Origin: Pseudomonadota bacterium
GTDB taxonomy: Bacteria; UBA10199; 2-02-FULL-44-16; JAAZCA01
DNA: 21,361 nt
NCBI GenBank assembly: GCA_043798915.1
Contig: JAZDOG010000063.1
Coordinates: 1 to 21,361, forward strand
Reading direction: 5' to 3'
The position numbers were made by a program, and so were the translations under genes. Positions 1 to 6,836 of this stretch are shown here, one piece after another. The notes under the pieces were generated by a model, which was not told the DNA's origin, made no database searches, and saw only the letters and a program-made list of their open reading frames with translations. The stretch's first letter is position 1. Each line of letters opens with the position of its first letter.

Positions 1-246
1 TGCGGCCAGGCACTCCTTGCAGCAGAGCGCGCCGGTCGGACATATCCTGGCGCAGGAGGCGGCAAGGACGTTTGCGCGCTTCAGGAGTCTCACCGCGCCC
101 GAGAGGTTGTCGAACCTGATCTTCCGGATGAAGGAGCGCGCATCGACGCCAGACGGACAGTTGCACGTGCAGGGCGCATCGGCGCACATGAGGCAGCGGG
201 ACGCTTCAATTCTGGCTTGGACTGGCGTGTAGCCTTTTTCCAACAT
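1..246 (-). CDS. N-terminal part (runs off the window) of a dihydropyrimidine dehydrogenase PreT / glutamate synthase small-subunit-like Fe-S flavoprotein
   Basis: Not in the ORF track; translated by hand from ATG at 246: MLEKGYTPVQARIEASRCLMCADAPCTCNCPSGVDARSFIRKIRFDNLSGAVRLLKRANVLAASCARICPTGALCCKECLAA. EASRCxxCxDAPCxxxCP and C-ARICP...LCxxxC are the Fer4_20 cluster motifs of DPD/PreT/GltD. Confidence 0.85.
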   Translation of the reverse strand, partial: MLEKGYTPVQARIEASRCLMCADAPCTCNCPSGVDARSFIRKIRFDNLSGAVRLLKRANVLAASCARICPTGALCCKECLAA

Positions 247-284
247 TATTCTTCCATGTGATAAAAAAATGAATAATGCAACGA

Positions 285-321
285 CAAGAAAAGGGCCCTG
301 GGGTTATCCCAGGGCCCTCTT
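285..321 (-). terminator. Rho-independent terminator after the 341..853 gene
   Basis: Perfect 11-bp stem AGGGCCCTGGG/CCCAGGGCCCT (292-302, 308-318), 5-nt loop, followed by TTTCTT on the minus strand. Confidence 0.85.
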
Positions 322-340
322 CGATCGGTTTTATATGCCC

Positions 341-853
341 TTACTTGCTCTTTTTCTGCTCGTTCTTCTGGAGTTCCTTCCCAGCGTCATTAATTGCATT
401 CACCGTCTTCGCTGCGTCGGACTTCTGGATCCCAGTGATGACCGCAACATCGCCGGCTGAAAGCGGATAGGTCGAGGTGACCACTACCGTGTCGCCCTTC
501 TTGAGGAGCATATCTTTCTTCACGTTCTCCGTGAGGGTGTGCTTCAGGCGGACCACCTTGCTGTCCTTCACCACATAGATGTAATCGCCCTGGTTCTCCC
601 ACTTCTCGAATTTCACGGTCTCTTCCTTCACTGCGCCCTTCGCCGTCTTCGTCTCAACTTCTCCCTGGACCGTCTTGCCCTTGACCTCCATCTCCGTCTT
701 CGTCTTCGTGCCTGCCGCCTTTTCCTTTACTTCCACCTTCTCTGTGCCGCCCTTATCCGTAACCTTTACTTCCTTCTTCGTCGTGTCGCCAGCCCACACC
801 GTGAAAGCAAAGGCCACCACCACCATCACCACCACTGCCATAAGCTTCTTCAT
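341..853 (-). CDS. Secreted Lys/Glu/Val-rich hypothetical protein (170 aa)
   Basis: Start moved to ATG 853 (GGAGGGAG ribosome-binding site). MKKLMAVVVMVVVAFAFTVWA is a Sec signal peptide; the mature part has repeated K-x-E-V-K strand-like segments. Confidence 0.8.
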   Translation of the reverse strand: MKKLMAVVVMVVVAFAFTVWAGDTTKKEVKVTDKGGTEKVEVKEKAAGTKTKTEMEVKGKTVQGEVETKTAKGAVKEETVKFEKWENQGDYIYVVKDSKVVRLKHTLTENVKKDMLLKKGDTVVVTSTYPLSAGDVAVITGIQKSDAAKTVNAINDAGKELQKNEQKKSK

Positions 854-887
854 AATAACTCCCTCCCTTTTTGTTAACGTTTCGCGC

Positions 888-916
888 ATCCTAGACACGG
901 ACCGCAAAAAAAGCAA
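888..916 (-). promoter_or_regulatory. Putative sigma70 promoter of the secreted-protein gene
   Basis: TTGCTT (916-911), 17-nt spacer, TAGGAT (893-888) on the minus strand. Confidence 0.45.
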
Positions 917-922
917 ATATAT

Positions 923-1864
923 TTATGGAACGATCCTCGTCCCCGTCTTTCCATCCAGCGCATCCTCAAGATGCGCCGGGTCGGTGATCAGCGCCTCTTT
1001 GCCACCCATCGAGAGGAAGTTCAAAACCGCCTTGATCTTGGGCAGCATCGAGCCCGGCTTGAAATGGCCCTCTTCGATATATCCTTTCGCCTCGGCAGCG
1101 GTCATCCTGTCTATCGCCTCCTGGTTCGGCTTCCCGAAATTGATGCAGACCTTTTCCACCGCCGTGGAGATGATGAACAGGTCGACCTTCAGCTTGCTGG
1201 CCAGAAGCGCGGACGCGTAGTCCTTGTCGATCACCGCGGCCGTGCCCTGCAGATCGCCCTTTTCATTCCTGACGACCGGAATGCCGCCGCCCCCCACCGC
1301 GATGACGACGATGCCACCGTCGATGAGCTTCCTGATCGCGTCGAATTCCACGATCTCTTTAGGGAGGGGCGACGCGACGACGCGGCGCCACCCGCGGCCC
1401 GCGTCCTCCACGACGTCCCATCCATCTTTTTCCTTGCGCAAGGCAGCCTCTTCCTCCGAGTAAAAGGGCCCTATGGGTTTTGAGGGATCCTTGAACGCGG
1501 GGTCGTCTTTGTCCACGACGACCTGTGTCACCACCGTCACCGCCGACTTTTTTATCCCGCGCCTCTTGAACTCGTTGGCGAGCGCCATCTGGAAATTGTA
1601 TCCGATCGCCCCCTGGGTGTCAGCGCCGCAGGAATCGAGCGGCACCGTGTGCATCTGGTTGCGGGCTATCTCCGAACGCAGGAGGATGAACCCGACCTGG
1701 GGCCCGTTGCCGTGCGTGATGACCACCTCATAGCCCCTCGCTATCATGCCGGCGATGTGCCCCACCGTCTTCGCCACGGCCTCATACTGAGAGGCAACGG
1801 ATTGATGCTTGTTGTCGAGGATTAGAGAATTTCCGCCGACCGCCACGACCGCTTTTTTTGTCAT
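923..1864 (-). CDS. arcC: Carbamate kinase
   Basis: VVAVGGNSL, ITHGNGPQVG, PSKPIGPFY, WRRVVASP, GGGGIPV, AVIDKD and GSMLPK motifs; 313 aa. Confidence 0.97.
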   Translation of the reverse strand: MTKKAVVAVGGNSLILDNKHQSVASQYEAVAKTVGHIAGMIARGYEVVITHGNGPQVGFILLRSEIARNQMHTVPLDSCGADTQGAIGYNFQMALANEFKRRGIKKSAVTVVTQVVVDKDDPAFKDPSKPIGPFYSEEEAALRKEKDGWDVVEDAGRGWRRVVASPLPKEIVEFDAIRKLIDGGIVVIAVGGGGIPVVRNEKGDLQGTAAVIDKDYASALLASKLKVDLFIISTAVEKVCINFGKPNQEAIDRMTAAEAKGYIEEGHFKPGSMLPKIKAVLNFLSMGGKEALITDPAHLEDALDGKTGTRIVP

Positions 1865-1866
1865 AT

Positions 1867-1905
1867 CTCTACCCCACCCTAACCCTCCCCTTACAAAGGG
1901 GAGGG
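1867..1905. repeat. Palindromic intergenic repeat, half copy (copy 1)
   Basis: CTCTACCCCACCCTAACCCTCCCCTTACAAAGGGGAGGG matches the right arms at 2964-3002 and 16279-16317; internal hairpin CCCTCCCCTT-ACA-AAGGGGAGGG. Confidence 0.9.
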
Positions 1906-1915
1906 GACAATAGGT

Positions 1916-2893
1916 TTACATCGTCATCGCCATCACGGCCTTCTGCACGTGCATGCGATTTTCAGCCTCGTCATAGACGACAGAGTGCGGGCCATCGATG
2001 ACCGCATCCGTCACCTCGATATTGCGATCGGCCGGCAGGCAGTGCATGTAGATGCTGTCCGGCTTCGTGAGCTTCATCTTCTTCTCGTCGCAGATCCACG
2101 ATTTGTACTCCTGGGCTATCTTGACGCCCTTGTCGGCGTCCGTCGTTGTGAGCATGCAGCCCCAGCTCTTGGGATAGATGATGTCGGCGTCCCTGAACGC
2201 CCCTTCCATATCGTCCGTCACCTCAAAGCCCGTGTTGTTCTTCTTGGCCTCCGCCCTGGCCTGCTCCATAATCTCCGGCATGAGCTTGAATTCGGGCGGA
2301 TGCGCGAGCACGACGTCGAGGCCGAACCTAGGCATCTGCAGGATCAGGCTCTGCGGCGCCGACATCGGCTTCTGATAGGATGATGCGTACGCCCAGGAGA
2401 CGACCATCTTCTTGCGCTTCAAGTTCCGGCCCTTCTTCTCGATGATGGTCAGGAGATCGGCCAGGCACTGGAACGGATGATAGACCTCGCACTGCATGTT
2501 GAGGACCGGCGTCGGCGAATGCTTCGCCACCTCGTTGATGTATTTGTTGCCGAGCATCCAGTCCACCTCGCGGATCGCGATGCCGTCGAAGTAGCGGCCG
2601 AATATCTCGCCGATCTCCTTGGGCGTATCGCCGTGCGCGATCTGCGTCGTCTTGGAATCGATGAACGCCGCGTGGCCGCCCAGCTGCGCCATGCCGGCCT
2701 CGAATGACCCGCGCGTGCGCGTCGAGCTGAAGAAGAAGAGCATCGCGAGCGTCTTGTCGCGCAGGAGGGCATGGGCCTCGCCGTTCCTGCGCTTCAACTT
2801 GAGATCGATCGCAAGATTGATCACCGCCTCGACCTCTTCCCTGGAAAAATCAAGATCGCCGATGAGATCGCGCCCGCGCAGATTGACTGACAT
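1916..2893 (-). CDS. Carbamoyltransferase of the OTCase superfamily, YgeW/N-acetylornithine (knotted)-type
   Basis: SSTRTR carbamoyl-phosphate motif, HPFQ, MHCLPADR, EAENR. SWAYASSYQKPMSAPQS and YPKSW resemble YgeW (TWAYSPSYGKPLSVPQG, YPKSW). The DxxxSMG ornithine-binding motif of true OTCases is absent. Confidence 0.85.
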   Translation of the reverse strand: MSVNLRGRDLIGDLDFSREEVEAVINLAIDLKLKRRNGEAHALLRDKTLAMLFFFSSTRTRGSFEAGMAQLGGHAAFIDSKTTQIAHGDTPKEIGEIFGRYFDGIAIREVDWMLGNKYINEVAKHSPTPVLNMQCEVYHPFQCLADLLTIIEKKGRNLKRKKMVVSWAYASSYQKPMSAPQSLILQMPRFGLDVVLAHPPEFKLMPEIMEQARAEAKKNNTGFEVTDDMEGAFRDADIIYPKSWGCMLTTTDADKGVKIAQEYKSWICDEKKMKLTKPDSIYMHCLPADRNIEVTDAVIDGPHSVVYDEAENRMHVQKAVMAMTM

Positions 2894-2918
2894 TATGAAT
2901 CCTCCTTATGAATCCTCC
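2893..2918. repeat. Perfect 13-bp tandem duplication covering the ribosome-binding site
   Basis: TTATGAATCCTCC at 2893-2905 and 2906-2918; the minus strand reads AAGGAGGATTCATAAGGAGGATTCATAATG. Confidence 0.9.
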
Positions 2919-2927
2919 TTTTACTCC

Positions 2928-3003
2928 TCCCCTCCTTTGTAAGGAGGGGAAGGGGAGGTAGACCTCTACCCCACCCTAGCCCTCCCCATACAAAGGGGAG
3001 GGA
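2928..3003. repeat. Palindromic intergenic repeat, full copy (copy 2)
   Basis: TCCCCTCCTTTGTAAGGAGGGG...GGTAGA-CC-TCTACCCCACCCT...CCCTCCCCATACAAAGGGGAGGGA; two hairpin arms in inverted orientation. Confidence 0.92.
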
Positions 3004-3012
3004 ATATTAAAT

Positions 3013-3966
3013 TTATTCAACCGCTCCCAGCACCGATGCCAGAAGCGCCATGCGCATCACCACGCCGTTGAAGGCCTCCTGCCAGTAACGGGCGTGGCGC
3101 GTCGCATCCACATCCGGCGGCAGCTCGTCCATCCTCGGCAACGAGTGCAGGACGATGGAATCCGGCTTCGCCTTTTTGGCCAGGAGCTCCCTCGTGACCT
3201 TGTACGCGGCCGGGGTGAGGCCCTTTTTGTCCGTGGCCTCGCAGCGCGCCTTCGTGTAGTCGGGTTGGACGACCGGCTCCATGTAGATGACGTCGGCCTT
3301 GGCTATGACCTGATCGACGTGCTCCGCGACCTCGAAGCGCAGGTTCTTCTCTTTGAGCTCCTCCTTGAACTCCGGTAGGAGGGACATCTCCGGCGGAGAG
3401 ATGTAGATGGCCTGCATGTCGAACTGCGTCATGGCGTAGGAGATCGAGTGCATCGTGCGCATCCTCATATCGCCTATGCACAGCACCGTGAGGCCATCGA
3501 GGCGTCCCTTCTCCTTCCAGATCGTGTACATGTCCGTGAGGACCTGCGTGGGGTGCTCGCCCCAGCCGTCCCCGCAGTTGATGACGGGGACGCTCGACCA
3601 CTTCGCCGCCTCGGCCGACGCGCCCTGCTGAAAATGGCGCATGGCGATGACGTCGCCGTAAAACTCGAGCATGTGGACGGTGTCCTTGATCGATTCCTGA
3701 TAGAAGTCGCCGGCGCGGGTCATCTTCGCGTCGGAAAATCCGAGCACGTGGCCGCCGAGCCTCGCCATCGCCGCCTCGGTGGCCAGCCTCGTGCGCGTGC
3801 TGGGCTGATAGAATGCGGTCAGAAGCGTCTTGTCCTCGAGGATATCGGAATTGCGGCGCTCCCTCGCTATCGGCTCAAGCCTGTCGGCTATCCCGAACAG
3901 ATATTCGTACTCCTCCCGTTCAAATTCCTTCAGCGACAGGATGTCGCGGCCCATGAAACTGCGCAT
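3013..3966 (-). CDS. Aspartate carbamoyltransferase-like protein (pseudo-ATCase; substrate probably not aspartate)
   Basis: FYQPSTRTR, MRH, GDGWGEHPTQ, GDMRMRTMHS and HSLPR indicate the ATCase fold; the KGE loop and the RxQxER motif are replaced (YQES, YMEPVVQPD). GAGGAGG ribosome-binding site. Confidence 0.88.
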   Translation of the reverse strand: MRSFMGRDILSLKEFEREEYEYLFGIADRLEPIARERRNSDILEDKTLLTAFYQPSTRTRLATEAAMARLGGHVLGFSDAKMTRAGDFYQESIKDTVHMLEFYGDVIAMRHFQQGASAEAAKWSSVPVINCGDGWGEHPTQVLTDMYTIWKEKGRLDGLTVLCIGDMRMRTMHSISYAMTQFDMQAIYISPPEMSLLPEFKEELKEKNLRFEVAEHVDQVIAKADVIYMEPVVQPDYTKARCEATDKKGLTPAAYKVTRELLAKKAKPDSIVLHSLPRMDELPPDVDATRHARYWQEAFNGVVMRMALLASVLGAVE

Positions 3967-3997
3967 GTCTCCTCCTCACCAGGTTGGTTATTGGTCA

Positions 3998-5374
3998 TCA
4001 AGCGCCGCGGCGCACAAATCTCCCAAAACCAGGGGCAGCGACAATCCCCTTGCCATCTTCATAGATGACGGCGCCCCGGCACATCGTGAGAACCACCTTG
4101 CCAGTGAACTCCTGGCCCTCGAAGGGCGTGAACTTGCCCTTGGAACCGAATGCCGCGCCCTTGACCTTCCAGCGGGCATCGGGGTTCACGAACACGAAGT
4201 CCGCGTCGGTGTCGACGGCGATCGCGCCCTTGCGCGGATAGAGCCCGAAGCGCCGCGCCGCCGCCGAAGAGGTGACCTCGACGAGCCGCGCGAGCGTCAT
4301 GCGCCCCTTGAGATATCCTTCAGAGAGGGCATAGGGAAAGAGGAGCTCCGTGCCGGAGATGCCGCCGTGGTCCGTCCAGATGCTGCCTGTCTCCTTCTCC
4401 TTCGCCTGACACGGTGAGTGATCGCTGGAGAGAAAATCGATTTCCCCTTCCACGAGATATTTCCAGAGCTTCGCCGAGTCCTCCTTCGTCTTCACGACCG
4501 GCGCGGTCTTGAGTATGGACCCTTTGGCCACAAAGTCTTCATGCGAAAAAGCCAGGTAGTGGATGCAGGTCTCGAGCGTGACGTTTGCGCCGTTCTTCTT
4601 AGCCTCGATGACCAGATCGGCCGCCTTGGCGGAACCGACGTGCACTACATGCAGCGCACAGCCGGTCTCGGTGGCGACCGCAAGCCCCTGTCTCACGCCG
4701 TCCACCTCGGCCGGGTCGCACCTCGCCTCGTAATAGGCCTTGGGGTCCAGACGCCCGAGCGTCTGGAGGCCCGCGGTGCGGCGCTGGACGAGGTCGCGAT
4801 CCTCCGCGTGCAGGCCGACGACGAGCCCCAGCTCATGGGAACGCCTCATCACCTCTACGAGTTCAAGGGGCAGCAGGTGCTCGAAGGAGCGCATGCCGGA
4901 GAGCAGATAGCACTTCACCCCGACGCAGCCCTCGATCTTGAGCTGCCTCACGTGCGAGCGCCAGCCGCTCGTGCGCATGGCGTTGCCGGAGACGCCGCCC
5001 CAGAGCGCAAAGTCGATGACCGACATATCGCCGATGGCGCGGAGCTTGCCCATGAGGCTCGTCCGGTCGGTGACCGGCGGGATGGATGTGTCCGGCATGT
5101 CGATGACGCAGGTGACGCCGCCGGCGGCCGCGCTCATCGAACCGCATATGAATTCCTCGCGGTCCGTGTAGCCGGGGGTGTTGAAGTGGACGTGTGGATC
5201 GATGGCGCCGGGGAGGACGAGGAGGCCGGTGGCGTCGAAGACGTGGCTGCTGCCCGGCGCCCTGGTGGTCGCCGGGATGATATCGCGGACCGCCTCGCCC
5301 TCGACAACGATGTGGACTTTCTGCGTATCGTTGTCCTTGCCAGTCGAGATCGTAGCGTTGGCTATTACCGCCAT
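3998..5374 (-). CDS. Cyclic amidohydrolase (allantoinase / hydantoinase / dihydroorotase family)
   Basis: PGAIDPHVHF (HxH), AAAGGVTCVIDMP, carbamylated-Lys region GVKCY, HAED, HVVH, ETCIHYL, SSDHSP; 458 aa. Confidence 0.92.
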   Translation of the reverse strand: MAVIANATISTGKDNDTQKVHIVVEGEAVRDIIPATTRAPGSSHVFDATGLLVLPGAIDPHVHFNTPGYTDREEFICGSMSAAAGGVTCVIDMPDTSIPPVTDRTSLMGKLRAIGDMSVIDFALWGGVSGNAMRTSGWRSHVRQLKIEGCVGVKCYLLSGMRSFEHLLPLELVEVMRRSHELGLVVGLHAEDRDLVQRRTAGLQTLGRLDPKAYYEARCDPAEVDGVRQGLAVATETGCALHVVHVGSAKAADLVIEAKKNGANVTLETCIHYLAFSHEDFVAKGSILKTAPVVKTKEDSAKLWKYLVEGEIDFLSSDHSPCQAKEKETGSIWTDHGGISGTELLFPYALSEGYLKGRMTLARLVEVTSSAAARRFGLYPRKGAIAVDTDADFVFVNPDARWKVKGAAFGSKGKFTPFEGQEFTGKVVLTMCRGAVIYEDGKGIVAAPGFGRFVRRGA

Positions 5375-5450
5375 CCCTTGAACTCCTGTCTATAAGCGAC
5401 GATATAACACCAAACCCCTGCCTTGCCAACAATCCGTGCAAAAAATGTGT

Positions 5451-6836
5451 TCAAAATCCCCTGCGCTCGCGGATCATGCTGTCCGTGTGCGGCACCCTGG
5501 CCTGCTGCGCCTCCCAGTGCTCGCTGGAGCGCTGGGCGCGCAGCTCCTCGGCCGTCTTCCCCTGCTGTTCCACCCAAGTATAGTACTTGAGGTTGGCCCA
5601 GCAGTCGCGCGCGTGCTGCGTTCCCTCGCGGATGTAGTCCGTCCCCTGCCTGTGGAAGATGGAATCGAGACGCCTCTCTGCCTCGGCGGCATCCATCTTT
5701 CCCTGATCCCTGTTCATCGCTTCGAGGACGCTCAAGTAGCGCTCGGTCGAGTCGGTGGCGATGGTGAAGATGATGTCGTCCTTGCCAAGGTTCCAGTGCT
5801 TCGCAGACTTTATCGCGCCCAGGATGTTGCAGATGCCGGAGATGCCGAAGAGGTCGCGCATGCATTCCAGCCCTGCCCCGTCCTTGCCGTGCTTGGCGAC
5901 GGCTTTCAATCCTGCATCCTCGTGGACGAGCTGCATGCCCTTCTTGCAGTCCCACTCGTCGATGCAGACGATGGCGTCCATATTGTCGGTGTTGTGGATC
6001 CAGGTCACATGCTTGTCGCCGATGCCCTGTATGTCGTGGCCACCGAAGCCGTTGGAGTAAAGCGTCGGGCACTGTATCGGCTCCAGGCCCACGATCCTGC
6101 ATTCGGGATTCGCCTGCTTCACGCGGTCGCCGCACGCTATCGTGCCGGAGGAGCCCATTGCCGACGTGACGGCAGCAAAGCGTTTGCACACGCCCTTGGC
6201 TTTGAGCTCGCCAAAGAGCTCGACCATCGTGTTTCCGGTGACGAAGTAGTGAAAACGGTAATTCGCGAAATCGGCGAACTGGTTGACGATGATGGTGTTC
6301 GGCTCCTTCTCGAGCTCATGCGTCTTGTCGTATATCTCCTTGACGCTGGATTCGCATCCCGGCGTCTTCACGTATTTGGCGCCGTAGTATGTGATCTTGT
6401 CGAAGCGCTCCTTGCTCATCTCCTCTGGCAGGATGACGAGGGAATCGTAGTTCATCCGCTCGCCGACATACGCGCCGCCGACGCCGAAGTTTCCGGTGGA
6501 CGGCCACACGAGCCTGTGTTTCCCGGGGGTGATGGTCCCCGCGACCTGCCGCTCGACTGTGCAGGAATATGTTGGCCCCACCTTGTGGCTGCCTGTCGGA
6601 AATCCGCGGCCGACAAGGACGCAGATATTGGCATCGATGCCCGTGAGCGCTCGGGGCAATATGACGTGCCTTATCCTGTCGTCGCCGTCGCGCCACGTGA
6701 TGTTGAAGAGGTTAAGCGGCGAAAGGGGATCCCCTTCCAGCGCCGGCAGGGCCTTCTTCCGCAGATCGGGCTTTATCTTCGACGGGTGCAGCATCTCCTC
6801 GAACGTCGGACCCCAGACATGATTGCCTTCCGTCAT
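5451..6836 (-). CDS. PLP-dependent enzyme, fold type II (cysteine synthase / TrpB superfamily), 461 aa
   Basis: Start moved to ATG 6836 (ATGA overlap with the upstream stop, GGAGG ribosome-binding site). PTGSHKVG (Schiff-base Lys), WPSTGNFG, GSSGTI phosphate loop, HDIQGIGD. Confidence 0.9.
   Translation of the reverse strand: MTEGNHVWGPTFEEMLHPSKIKPDLRKKALPALEGDPLSPLNLFNITWRDGDDRIRHVILPRALTGIDANICVLVGRGFPTGSHKVGPTYSCTVERQVAGTITPGKHRLVWPSTGNFGVGGAYVGERMNYDSLVILPEEMSKERFDKITYYGAKYVKTPGCESSVKEIYDKTHELEKEPNTIIVNQFADFANYRFHYFVTGNTMVELFGELKAKGVCKRFAAVTSAMGSSGTIACGDRVKQANPECRIVGLEPIQCPTLYSNGFGGHDIQGIGDKHVTWIHNTDNMDAIVCIDEWDCKKGMQLVHEDAGLKAVAKHGKDGAGLECMRDLFGISGICNILGAIKSAKHWNLGKDDIIFTIATDSTERYLSVLEAMNRDQGKMDAAEAERRLDSIFHRQGTDYIREGTQHARDCWANLKYYTWVEQQGKTAEELRAQRSSEHWEAQQARVPHTDSMIRERRGF

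Noticed and set aside
17..232. 71-aa plus-strand ORF
   Set aside because: Antisense to the clearly recognisable Fe-S flavoprotein N-terminus.
923..2893. Arginine deiminase (arcABC) operon
   Set aside because: No arcA or arcD is present, and the transferase lacks the OTCase SMG motif and has YgeW-type motifs.
3013..5374. pyrB-pyrC pyrimidine biosynthesis pair
   Set aside because: The transferase lacks the aspartate-binding RxQxER motif, and the context (ssnA, ygeW-like, arcC) is catabolic.
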